From positions 1-43,270 of the IMG/VR virus record IMGVR_UViG_3300036046_000012: a stretch of 43,270 nucleotides of DNA. The stretch is one strand, 5' to 3'. Below the pieces are notes generated by a model. That model worked only from the letters and a program-made list of their open reading frames with translations, was not told the DNA's origin and did not search any database. Positions 8,842 through 17,572 of the stretch are shown in pieces. The DNA is from a virus. Its lineage: Duplodnaviria; Caudoviricetes. The stretch's first letter is position 1, and each line of letters begins with the position of its first letter. Made by a program: the position numbers and the translations under genes.

Positions 8842-9091
8842 TAAGTGTGACCTCCTCGATTTCTTCAGTATGGATTTTATGGATTGTATGCTTTTTAATA
8901 GTTCCATTAATTACAGTTGCAACAGATACTGCATCATCAAGATTTCGAAAACGCTCCGGATGATCATTTCCTTCAATGCCTAAACCAATGTATTTCTTGC
9001 TGCTAAAAACAGTGACTATCATATTTCCATTTCCGTGAACTGTGAAAAATACATCCATTTGGTTATGCAACACTTTAGAATCTTTATTCAT
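8834..9091 (-). CDS. Hypothetical phage protein
   Basis: RBS GGAGG; coupled in operon. Confidence 0.65.
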   Translation of the reverse strand: MNKDSKVLHNQMDVFFTVHGNGNMIVTVFSSKKYIGLGIEGNDHPERFRNLDDAVSVATVINGTIKKHTIHKIHTEEIEEVTLNV

Positions 9092-10607
9092 TTTCATTGC
9101 CTCCACCTTCAGATTGAATAGTAAGCTCTTTATCTACAACTCTAGCCGTGATCAGCTGTCCAGGCGGCGCGGTAAATTTAAGGATGCTTTCAGCGTTGTC
9201 CACGAATGTCGGCCCCACGAAATCAGATTGTTTGCTAAGAAGGTCAATTAGTTCAAGGCCGCATTTGATCTTCTCTGCTGTGCTTAGCTTGCTGTATGGT
9301 TTGCCGTCCATTTCCACTTCAAACGTAGCTTTCTCCTCGCCATTTTTCAGCTGCTCATAAAGCCGAACGGAGATGGTCGTAAACAAGTCATTCACTTTCT
9401 TAACCATAAGCTCAGATTTCTTCGTGCGGAATTCCTTGATGGTGTCAACAATGCTTTGGGACTCCAAGAATTCATTTCGAATGACTGTGGCGTTTTCCTC
9501 AGCAGTTTCAAGCTCTGCCTTTAGCTCATCTAAATTTGACGTGCCGGCCAACAAGGTTTTCAGGCGGACAACCTCATCATCAAGTTCAAATGACTTGGAC
9601 CGGTCCACTTCCGTAAGGCCAGGCAATTTCGATAATTCGCCTTCCAATGCCTTCCCTTTCTGGATGAGCTCTTTGCCGGTTTGGACCTCTTTTTGATAGC
9701 GTAGCTTCTGCTCTTCCTTAACCTTTTTCACAGACTCCTCATCTAATGCTTGTCCGCAAGTCCGGCATGTTTCCTGAACCTCTTCTGTCTTTATGGCTGC
9801 TACAAGCTTTTTCTGCTTGGCTACTTGCTCCAACAGAGAGTCAATTTGACTCTGGATCCGTGTCCGTTCCTGATTGCTCTGATAAACCTTTTGATTTGCT
9901 TCATCCAAGCTGTCACGTTCTTTTACTAACTTGTCAATTTGCTCAAGAAGCTTTTTCTCATCAATTTGCTCGCCATTAGATTGTTTCTCCAGTTGCTCTT
10001 TAAGAGTCAAAACTCTTTCCTTCGCACGCTCAAGTGCCTTTTCTTGTTTGTTTTTACGTTCTCTGTGGATCTTTTCAATGTCATCCAAAGAATTCTTTTT
10101 CAGTAAGGGACCGAGCTCATCTGATTGAACCGGATAAAGTTCAGCAAGAACTTCTTTATTTAGCGGCTCCGGAATATACTGTAGTAATTGTGAGCGCTGC
10201 GTCTGCCAGTGCTGAGTAAAGAAAAAAGCAGGATTAAAGATTGATAGGAACAGCTCCTTATTAAACATAGAAGCTACCAATTCATTGAATGCAGTGGCTT
10301 TCTCAGGAACCTCATTGATGTAATACTTAGCTGTTTTCTTCTGAGTCCGGGCAAGAAGGAATTGCTTACCGTCCACTGTAAGGAGCAGCTGAACTTTGAT
10401 TTCACTATCTGGAGCGTGAATCGGTTTTGGATCAAACTTATTTCCGACTGCATCTGTTCCGTACAGCAGCCATGTGATGGCATTTGCAATTGATGACTTT
10501 CCAGCACCGTTCCGACCTTCGATTTTTGTAATATCCGAGAATGAGATTGTTAAAGAATCGTGGTTATTAAAGTTATCCACAACAAGCTGTTGATAAGTTA
10601 GCTTCAT
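9084..10607 (-). CDS. SMC/Rad50-like AAA ATPase with zinc hook
   Basis: Walker A GRNGAGKS; coiled coils; CRTCGQ; LSTAEK signature; Walker B FVDNAE. Confidence 0.88.
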   Translation of the reverse strand: MKLTYQQLVVDNFNNHDSLTISFSDITKIEGRNGAGKSSIANAITWLLYGTDAVGNKFDPKPIHAPDSEIKVQLLLTVDGKQFLLARTQKKTAKYYINEVPEKATAFNELVASMFNKELFLSIFNPAFFFTQHWQTQRSQLLQYIPEPLNKEVLAELYPVQSDELGPLLKKNSLDDIEKIHRERKNKQEKALERAKERVLTLKEQLEKQSNGEQIDEKKLLEQIDKLVKERDSLDEANQKVYQSNQERTRIQSQIDSLLEQVAKQKKLVAAIKTEEVQETCRTCGQALDEESVKKVKEEQKLRYQKEVQTGKELIQKGKALEGELSKLPGLTEVDRSKSFELDDEVVRLKTLLAGTSNLDELKAELETAEENATVIRNEFLESQSIVDTIKEFRTKKSELMVKKVNDLFTTISVRLYEQLKNGEEKATFEVEMDGKPYSKLSTAEKIKCGLELIDLLSKQSDFVGPTFVDNAESILKFTAPPGQLITARVVDKELTIQSEGGGNENE

Positions 10608-10623
10608 AATGTCCTCCATCGCA

Positions 10624-10652
10624 TTGATTTTTTTTGAAGTCTTGCATAGAAT
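10624..10652 (+). promoter_or_regulatory. SigA-type promoter antisense to the early operon
   Basis: TTGATT-N17-TAGAAT. Confidence 0.5.
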
Positions 10653-10674
10653 GGAGTTAAGTTGATTTACTCCA

Positions 10675-10708
10675 GGATCCGTGTTGACGCACGGGTCTTA
10701 TTTTTTTT
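10675..10708 (+). terminator. Intrinsic terminator-like hairpin on + strand
   Basis: GATCCGTG-TTGACG-CACGGGTC followed by TTATTTTTTTT. Confidence 0.5.
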
Positions 10709-10967
10709 GAACAAAATCAATTGCTTCTTTGATGGCCGTGAGTGAAATAGGGTCATCTGTTAAATGCTGCAGCTTGATTAAGTTTTTAATCACTGTGTTC
10801 TTTTCTTCAGTAGGCGGATTGAACTTCCGGACGATAAATGCCCCATCGTCACCAGTAAACATTTCAAGCGGCGTTCCAGCTTCCCAACCATTTAAACGTC
10901 GGATTTCCATTGGAATAACAACGCGTCCCAAATCATCCAATTTCCTTACCAAACCTGTTGCCTTCAT
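10698..10967 (-). CDS. AbrB/SpoVT-family transcription regulator
   Basis: MKATGLVRKLDDLGRVVIPMEIRR; RBS GGAGG. Confidence 0.9.
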   Translation of the reverse strand: MKATGLVRKLDDLGRVVIPMEIRRLNGWEAGTPLEMFTGDDGAFIVRKFNPPTEEKNTVIKNLIKLQHLTDDPISLTAIKEAIDFVQKK

Positions 10968-10980
10968 TTCTTCTTCCTCC

Positions 10981-11193
10981 CTATTCAGCTTTTTTAAATT
11001 CAAGGCCGTAGACTTCTTTTAAGTACCGGTTTAAATTTTCTTTCAGGACAACCTCCCCGGTATTTGAATCAGATACAAGCTCATCGCCGTGAAGAATTTC
11101 GTCTCCGAAATAGTCAATGCCCCAGCTCACTTCTTCTTTTGGATAAACGTGTTTTAAGGTCCGGCTTACATCCGGGTGTTCGATTATAATCAC
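10981..11193 (-). CDS. YqaI-like phage protein (start codon uncertain)
   Basis: EHPDVSRTL...DYFGDEILHGD. Confidence 0.65.
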   Translation of the reverse strand: MIIIEHPDVSRTLKHVYPKEEVSWGIDYFGDEILHGDELVSDSNTGEVVLKENLNRYLKEVYGLEFKKAE

Positions 11194-11218
11194 CTCCTTT
11201 AATGGACTGTGCTTGTCC

Positions 11219-11386
11219 TCACTTAGAAGGCTTCATGTTCTTCCTCACTTCACTCACATGGTTCTTGTACTGTCTTATGTATGCTGCTTCTTCGATGTTT
11301 CCGTTTTGTTCGTGAAGTTCGATGATCTGGACCAGGAAGCTTTCATCATTCAGCAAGGAGTAATATTGACGCTGTGCCTCTGACAT
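11219..11386 (-). CDS. 55-aa hypothetical protein; absent from ORF track
   Basis: MSEAQRQYYSLLNDESFLVQIIELHEQNGNIEEAAYIRQYKNHVSEVRKNMKPSK; RBS AAGGGAGG. Confidence 0.7.
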   Translation of the reverse strand: MSEAQRQYYSLLNDESFLVQIIELHEQNGNIEEAAYIRQYKNHVSEVRKNMKPSK

Positions 11387-11461
11387 TCTCTTAACCTCCC
11401 TTCCTATGAAGTTATTAAGCTTGTCCTGATGTAAAAGCTCCCGGAGGAACTTTTATGTTTC

Positions 11462-11563
11462 CTAGATGTGAATCCCCAAAAGAGCGATATACCATGCTGC
11501 AGTCATTACGATTAAGGCCAAGACAACAAATGCTACATCAGTGTAATCTTTATCTTCTTTCAA
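11462..11563 (-). CDS. 33-aa single-TM peptide
   Basis: TTG after AAGGAG; MKEDKDYTDVAFVVLALIVMTAAWYIALLGIHI. Confidence 0.6.
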   Translation of the reverse strand: MKEDKDYTDVAFVVLALIVMTAAWYIALLGIHI

Positions 11564-11577
11564 GATTTTCCACTCCT

Positions 11578-11751
11578 TTAATCCCGATAACATGCATGGA
11601 CAGCAGCTGCGATTTCTTTTAATACAGGATTTCCTTTTTCCCATTCATCAAGGAACCATTTTTTTCTTTCATCTTTGGAAAGAACGACTAGTGGTGAATG
11701 TACGACAACCATCGTGTTCCCGATGTTGAATTCTTCTTTTGGCTTTTCCAC
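11578..11751 (-). CDS. 57-aa hypothetical early protein
   Basis: GTG 11751 after AAGGGGGA. Confidence 0.65.
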   Translation of the reverse strand: MEKPKEEFNIGNTMVVVHSPLVVLSKDERKKWFLDEWEKGNPVLKEIAAAVHACYRD

Positions 11752-11858
11752 ACGATCAATCCCCCTTGTTTCATCTGTATGCTCGGAGGATGTTTTATAT
11801 AGTGCTGATACCAAATTTTCCACCTGCTTAAGGAATAATAATTTTCTTTTTGGCAAAA

Positions 11859-12098
11859 CTATTCAAAGTGCATAGTTCTCGAATTGCGAATTTCCTTCCC
11901 AAAAAAAAGCTCTTCTACTGACACGCCTAGTGTTTGGGCAAGGATAGGGATCTTGTCAGAAGGCAAATTGCGTTTTCCTGATTCGATTTCTGAATAGCTT
12001 GAATGTGATTTAAACCCTAATTTCTCTGAAACAAAGGACTGCTTGATTCCTTTTTCTATTCGGATGCTTCTTGCTATTTGACCGATTTTTAATTCCAA
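11859..12098 (-). CDS. Cro-like Xre HTH regulator
   Basis: IRIEKGIKQSFVSEKLG..YSEIESGKR; first gene of the divergent lytic operon. Confidence 0.88.
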   Translation of the reverse strand: MELKIGQIARSIRIEKGIKQSFVSEKLGFKSHSSYSEIESGKRNLPSDKIPILAQTLGVSVEELFFGKEIRNSRTMHFE

Positions 12099-12116
12099 AT
12101 CTCATCACCCCCTAAC

Positions 12117-12215
12117 TTCACGTTCTGCGAAGTCCTTAATCAAATAATAATATCGCAATTCGCGAAAGTCAACACTTTTTTCCATTTTTGCGAATTTAAT
12201 TTCCTTATATGCGAA
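12117..12215. promoter_or_regulatory. Lysis/lysogeny switch: four operators (consensus TTCGC-N5-GCGAA) and leftward promoter
   Basis: Sites at 12117, 12152, 12180, 12201 (fifth at 11876); TTGACT-N17-TATTAT on - strand at 12172-12144. Confidence 0.75.
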
Positions 12216-12251
12216 TTTAGGTTAAAATCTTTTTATGGTGAGGTGTTGTCT

Positions 12252-12635
12252 ATGAGTGAAATCATGGGAAAGAGGCTAAAGTATTTAAGGGATAAAAGCG
12301 GATTATCTCAAAAGTTTGTGGCAGAAAAAATAGGTGTTAAGAATAACACCTTATCTGGATACGAATCTGGAGACAGAGAACCAAGTTCTGAAATACTCGG
12401 AAAAATAGCTCAATTTTATGAAGTGACAACTGATTTTTTAATTGGTGTAAGCGATGATCCTACATTCACAAAAGGCGAGATTGGATTTTTAAATGATATT
12501 AACCTTTCCCTTGAACAGATTAAGGACAAATATAACTTGACGGTTGATGGTGAGTTAGCAACGGAAGAAGAAATCAGGGGAGCTATAGCCTGGATAAAGG
12601 CAAATAGAATGATTTTAGATGGGCAAAAAAAATAG
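12252..12635 (+). CDS. CI-like Xre repressor without peptidase domain
   Basis: RLKYLRDKSGLSQ..LSGYESGDREP..TTDFLIG; divergent from cro. Confidence 0.9.
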   Translation: MSEIMGKRLKYLRDKSGLSQKFVAEKIGVKNNTLSGYESGDREPSSEILGKIAQFYEVTTDFLIGVSDDPTFTKGEIGFLNDINLSLEQIKDKYNLTVDGELATEEEIRGAIAWIKANRMILDGQKK

Positions 12636-12637
12636 GC

Positions 12638-12730
12638 TTATTCAGCCTTCGCAACTTTATTTTTATTATCCTTTTGTTGTTCTTCTTTTATTTTTTTTAT
12701 TAGTTCTTTTAAATCGACGGTCGTTTTCAA
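12638..12730 (-). CDS. Possible 30-aa peptide (MKTTVDLKELIKKIKEEQQKDNKNKVAKAE)
   Basis: TTG after AAGGGGA; fits between the two HTH genes without overlap. Confidence 0.4.
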   Translation of the reverse strand: MKTTVDLKELIKKIKEEQQKDNKNKVAKAE

Positions 12731-12768
12731 GTCTTCATCCCCTTATCTATAAAAAGCGAGGTGTCACC

Positions 12769-12993
12769 GTGCCATATCGTGTCGGTAGATGCCTACTTGC
12801 CGACCTGCTTAATCGAGCTGGTATGTCACAACAAGATTTAGCACTAAAAGTGGATATTCCTAAGCAGCAAATTAATAAATATGTAAGAGGCCCAAGACAG
12901 ATGTCATATAAAACAGCGAGGGCAATCGCTAATGCATTAAATTGTTCTATGGAAGATCTATACGAATGGATACCAGTCAAAAAAGGTAAGTAG
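12769..12993 (+). CDS. Second Xre HTH regulator
   Basis: GTG after GAGGTG; YRVGRCLL..MSQQDLA..LNCSMEDLYEW. Confidence 0.85.
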   Translation: MPYRVGRCLLADLLNRAGMSQQDLALKVDIPKQQINKYVRGPRQMSYKTARAIANALNCSMEDLYEWIPVKKGK

Positions 12994-13156
12994 GACCATA
13001 ATCAAGTAGTTTTTTACGGCTACTTGACGACACGAGTAATCGCTTGAGGTTACTTTATAGATAATATAGCACAGCATTTTTGACAAAAACAGACTTTTCG
13101 TAGTTCAAATTTCGACAGTTTCTCATTCCCTTTGCTTACTTTATGATAGCATAATA

Positions 13157-13170
13157 CGAACGGATGTTCT
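13157..13170. promoter_or_regulatory. LexA (SOS/Cheo) box
   Basis: CGAACGGATGTTCT matches Bacillus CGAAC-RNRY-GTTCY. Confidence 0.7.
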
Positions 13171-13242
13171 ATATTTTTAGAACATTTTTCTTTAAAAACC
13201 CTGGTGTATGGGGATTTTAACAGTTGGATAGAGGTGAAATGT

Positions 13243-14790
13243 ATGTACAGACCAAAAGGATTAGATGTCGATATTTATTTAAGAAAAAGCCGTAAAGACA
13301 TTGAAGCAGAAAAGTCTGCAGCCGATGATTCTTCAGATCGGGATACGCTCTCGAAGCACAGAAACCAGTTGTTCGCCATCGCGAAGAAGGAAGAGCATAA
13401 TATTATAAATATTCATGAAGAGGTTGTATCCGGCGAAACAATCTCCGAACGTCCCGAGATTCAGAACCTATTGAGGAGAGTAGAATCGGGGGTGGTTGAG
13501 GCTGTTCTGATAATGGATCTTGACCGGTTGGGTCGTGGGGATATGTTGGATCAGGGACTTCTTGACCGCGCTTTCCGCTATTCAGGAACCAAGCTGATAA
13601 CTCCTACTGAATACTATGACCCGGAAGATGATTCATGGGAATTGGTATTCGGGGTAAAATCCCTGGTTGCTCGTCAGGAGCTTAAAGCTATCACCAGACG
13701 TATGCAGGGCGGGAGACGTAATTCAGTCACGGAAGGGAAATCCGTCTCTAAGAAGCCGCCTTATGGCTATATGAGAGACAAGAATCTAAGACTTTACCCT
13801 GATCCGGATACGGCGTGGGTCGTAAAGAAAATGTTTGAAATGATGAAGAACGGCCATGGCAGAAACGCAATTGCCGATGAACTGGACAAGCTTGGCATCA
13901 AACCATCTTTTAAGGATACCTGGTCCCCTTCTACCATAACCGCCATCATCAAAAATGAAGTGTACCTTGGGCATATGATATGGGGAAAAATGAAGCATAC
14001 CAAAAAACATGGCAAGTACATCCGGACGAAAATGCCAAAAGAATCATGGATTATTAAAGAAAATGCACATGAAGCAATTGTCTCTCAGGAATTATGGGAT
14101 GCTGCTAACCGTGCTCACTCTGGACGATTCCGCCCATCAACAATTGAAACAAAAAAACTCTCCAATCCCCTTGCAGGAATTTTGAAGTGCGAGGTGTGCG
14201 GATACACCATGTTATTTCAGCCTCGAAAAGACAGACCCAACCCAGTTATTAGATGTACACAATCCAGTTGTAAAGGAATTCAGAAAGGATCCCTCCTACC
14301 ATTAGTGGAAGAAAGGATTCTTGAAAGTTTAAAAAGGTATATCGAGGATTTCTTTATAGAGGGAGATGGACCTGAAAAGTCAGATGCTAAGTCGGTTATT
14401 CCTTTAAAGGAAAAAGCGATAGAAAAGATGCAAAAAGAACTTGATGAATTGTCCGCGCAGAAAAATAACATGCATGACCTACTTGAAAGAGGAGTCTATA
14501 GCATTGATACTTTCATGGCCAGACAGCAGAATGTTACCGAAAGGATGAATGTGCTGCAAGATAATATTCAGGATCTTCAAAGAGATATCTCCAGAGAGCG
14601 AATGCAGGAGAAAAACATTCATGAATTTATTCCCAAACTAAAAAGTGTGTTGGAGGCATATCGCCAGACAGACGATATTGAAAAGAAAAATCAATTACTA
14701 AAATCAATCTTAGAAAAAGTAACCTATCTAAGAAAACAGGATTGGAAACAGAAAGACCAATTTAAAATTCAACTCTTTCCAAAAATATAG
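13243..14790 (+). CDS. Large serine integrase (resolvase + recombinase + zinc ribbon)
   Basis: IYLRKS catalytic Ser; SG..ERPE; DLDRLGR; PPYGY; CEVCG..C..C; coiled coil. Confidence 0.95.
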   Translation: MYRPKGLDVDIYLRKSRKDIEAEKSAADDSSDRDTLSKHRNQLFAIAKKEEHNIINIHEEVVSGETISERPEIQNLLRRVESGVVEAVLIMDLDRLGRGDMLDQGLLDRAFRYSGTKLITPTEYYDPEDDSWELVFGVKSLVARQELKAITRRMQGGRRNSVTEGKSVSKKPPYGYMRDKNLRLYPDPDTAWVVKKMFEMMKNGHGRNAIADELDKLGIKPSFKDTWSPSTITAIIKNEVYLGHMIWGKMKHTKKHGKYIRTKMPKESWIIKENAHEAIVSQELWDAANRAHSGRFRPSTIETKKLSNPLAGILKCEVCGYTMLFQPRKDRPNPVIRCTQSSCKGIQKGSLLPLVEERILESLKRYIEDFFIEGDGPEKSDAKSVIPLKEKAIEKMQKELDELSAQKNNMHDLLERGVYSIDTFMARQQNVTERMNVLQDNIQDLQRDISRERMQEKNIHEFIPKLKSVLEAYRQTDDIEKKNQLLKSILEKVTYLRKQDWKQKDQFKIQLFPKI

Positions 14791-14815
14791 AAGGCAGCGG
14801 ATCAGCAGCCTTCTA
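14788..14815. terminator. Hairpin after integrase
   Basis: TAGAAGGC-N12-GCCTTCTA. Confidence 0.5.
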
Positions 14816-14986
14816 ATTTGATTTTGCTGGTTCCTTATTCGTAAAGAACGTAGTAAGTGCCCTAAATATCTCTGTTTTTTTTGTGATAATATCATATCTG
14901 AAGCGTTCATCCTTGATTTGAGAATACACACTCATTAGTGTAGATGGTCTACGGTTATACTGATTGAACTGTTTACCATATACACA
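14816..14986. other. Candidate attP-containing intergenic region
   Basis: Non-coding gap between convergent integrase and ATPase genes; exact site not resolved. Confidence 0.4.
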
Positions 14987-17572
14987 TTATAGGGCGTTCT
15001 GTAACTCGTGCCAGCTGCGCCCAAACATTCTCGCATGCCTTAAGGTTAAGAATGAATTATCATACTTCTGCTTAGCCGGCGCCTTCATGTGGCAGACAAA
15101 AGCATTCTGAATAGATCCGCCGGCTCTTACAGAAACTATTGCGTGATGAGCTGGTAAGAGTGTAGCATCCTCCACAGTTAAAGTCGGTTTAAGCCTATGC
15201 TCTGACAGCTCAAATGTTTTTTTATGGTCATTCATAAATAGGAACTGCTGCACGCCGCCCCCCTGCAAATTGTCCTGAAGACTTTGCGGCAGCTTATTCC
15301 AATGGTGGAATGCATAGAGTGATCCAAAGCGTTCTTTCCTTCCTTCTGTTCCTATCCGCCCCATGAGACTTGTTAGCCCCTCAGTGGCATATTGTTCGGG
15401 TTCATTGAACACCATAAAGCATCCGTTCTTCTGCTGCTCTTTTGTCATCAGGAGTCTTGTCATGAATGTCTTGAGTGTAATCCAGTGCACCAGCGTCTTT
15501 GTGGCCAGTGCTCCAAGCTTCCGGTTCGGTATGCGGATGATAATGACTTTCCCCTCACTCATCCACTTAGCAAAATCCACCTCTTTAAGCGGTCCCTGAG
15601 CAAAGATGTCATGGAGCGTATCATTTCCGAAAAATTCATCTAATCGGTTAAGAACGGCATCCACTTTACTACCCAGATCTTCATTGCTTCCCCATGAAAT
15701 AAGATCTCCAGCAAGCCTGATGTTTCCTTCTGCCTGCAGCTGCTTAATTGTACTCAATCGGAATGTCTCGTCTTCAATAATCCTCTTGATGTTATAAAGC
15801 GAACCACCACTTGCCTTTGCCGCGGTGCGTAAATACTTCTTTGACCTTGCCATACTCTGCATATCCCCGAAGAAATCAATCACCTCATCCGCAAAGCGCG
15901 AAGCACCTTTTCTCCCTAGCTGGCTAATAACTTCTGTCAGATCCATCGGCACAATGAAATCTTCGTTAGACAAATCAATATCAATTATCTTTTCCGGAGG
16001 CAATGCATCACGTATACCGTCAGCCATGCCGCGCTCCCCTTCTTCCACAATGGCTTCTGGAATGACAGCGGATATTCCGTGCTGCAAGCAGGCATCTACA
16101 ACCCAGTTCTTGATTGCCGTATCTTTTCCGGCGCCTTGGCCACCGATGAACACATACCCTCTGTAAAGCTCATCCGGATTACTCACAGGAAAATATACCG
16201 GTATGCTGCTGTCTTTTATTTCTGCATTGCCAAGGTACAGACCGTTTGGTTTCTGGAGAGCTGCCGGCACTTCCACTTCAATTCGTTTCTTTGTTTTTAG
16301 CACGTCATCATATCTTCTCTGAAGTTCTGCATTCGGCATTTGTAAGGCGAGCTTATTCATTTCTTCCGTTGAGATCAGATTGACGTTTGCATCTAGTTTG
16401 GTCTTCTTGGAAAGCTGCAGTGTGTTCAGCTCATTGATGATATTTATTCGCTTACCATTTATTTTTACCTTGATTCCGTGCAGTTCATTGTTTTCTGCAA
16501 TTTCTCCGAATGAGGTGCTGAGAGTTTCTGCTATGGTCTCCCGAGTCAGCCGGTCTTGGGAATGGGCAACTACACGAATGCGTGATTTAAACACAGGCTG
16601 ATTAATCTTATCGCGGCTTGCTCCAGTCAGATTGTGGGCTTTGATTTCATCCTCAAGACTGAACGACTTTTCAATCACTTTATTCTTATCGAATTTCTTT
16701 TCTGACTTAAACATTACATTGGAAAACGCTTGGAACGTATCAGTAAGTAAATCATTTACCTCATTTACAATTCCGCCGATCAATGTTTTAGATGCAGCTG
16801 AAATCTTCTTTCCACTCACAGCAGCTCTTTGTGGAGTCCTGCCATTTTTCATCTTTTCAAATGCCCACTGGCCATTTTTGACCCACTTCTGTCTGCCCTC
16901 TACCTCATTGCAGATACTGAGTCTTGCCATATCCCCGTCATAGACCAGTTCATCCACAGTGTTCATGATGCTGCCTATAGGAGTTTTCACATCATTTGAA
17001 GCTGTGTTTAAAGAAAAGATGTCATGGTTTAAATACTTCATTTCTTGGACAATCGTATTGTCCTGCGGCACCTGCAGCTCGTCAATAGAGCTCTCTTCAA
17101 AGGTGGCACTCAACTTGTTCTCAAGCTTCCGCTTAAGTTTGAGCGCTTGGTACTCAGAAGTCGAAACAAAAAACTCGATCTTTTTCTGGCCATCCTCCTG
17201 TTTGAAAATGACATCAAACCAGAAATAATCTTTCTCCCTAAAATGAAATTTGAATCCTTCCCTTTCAAGCCGGGATCCTGCCCCTTCATACATCTCATAC
17301 ATTTTGTGGATGGCTTTCCACAGGCGTTTATTGTTATTAGAAATATTGGCATGAGGTGTGATTTTATATACAACCATTTTGTTCTTTTCGACTTCAAAAA
17401 AGTCACTCCATTTGTACGTATGGATTTTCTTATTTATCCACGGGATCTGTATTTTCGCTTTTTTCTTTTTCCCTTGTGATTCAATTTCAGCCGGCAGTCC
17501 GCCATTGTATAGAACAGGGTACTGCGGCTGGTAAACGGCCGGCAATGTTGAATCAATCCTTTTAAGCTCCAC
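14987..17572 (-). CDS. VirB4/VirD4/HerA-like P-loop ATPase, 861 aa
   Basis: Strand FIGGQGAGKD (Walker A); FMVFNEPEQY (Walker B position); EGRKERFGSLYAFH (RK finger and following strand); MSEGKVIIIRIP. Confidence 0.8.
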   Translation of the reverse strand: MELKRIDSTLPAVYQPQYPVLYNGGLPAEIESQGKKKKAKIQIPWINKKIHTYKWSDFFEVEKNKMVVYKITPHANISNNNKRLWKAIHKMYEMYEGAGSRLEREGFKFHFREKDYFWFDVIFKQEDGQKKIEFFVSTSEYQALKLKRKLENKLSATFEESSIDELQVPQDNTIVQEMKYLNHDIFSLNTASNDVKTPIGSIMNTVDELVYDGDMARLSICNEVEGRQKWVKNGQWAFEKMKNGRTPQRAAVSGKKISAASKTLIGGIVNEVNDLLTDTFQAFSNVMFKSEKKFDKNKVIEKSFSLEDEIKAHNLTGASRDKINQPVFKSRIRVVAHSQDRLTRETIAETLSTSFGEIAENNELHGIKVKINGKRINIINELNTLQLSKKTKLDANVNLISTEEMNKLALQMPNAELQRRYDDVLKTKKRIEVEVPAALQKPNGLYLGNAEIKDSSIPVYFPVSNPDELYRGYVFIGGQGAGKDTAIKNWVVDACLQHGISAVIPEAIVEEGERGMADGIRDALPPEKIIDIDLSNEDFIVPMDLTEVISQLGRKGASRFADEVIDFFGDMQSMARSKKYLRTAAKASGGSLYNIKRIIEDETFRLSTIKQLQAEGNIRLAGDLISWGSNEDLGSKVDAVLNRLDEFFGNDTLHDIFAQGPLKEVDFAKWMSEGKVIIIRIPNRKLGALATKTLVHWITLKTFMTRLLMTKEQQKNGCFMVFNEPEQYATEGLTSLMGRIGTEGRKERFGSLYAFHHWNKLPQSLQDNLQGGGVQQFLFMNDHKKTFELSEHRLKPTLTVEDATLLPAHHAIVSVRAGGSIQNAFVCHMKAPAKQKYDNSFLTLRHARMFGRSWHELQNAL

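Noticed and set aside
11859-14790. Arbitrium (aimR/aimP) or Rap-Phr communication system
   Set aside because: No TPR/RRNPP-size receptor or secreted propeptide gene near the switch
14728-14931. 67-aa ORF as possible recombination directionality factor
   Set aside because: No RBS, overlaps the integrase 3' end antisense, no recognisable features
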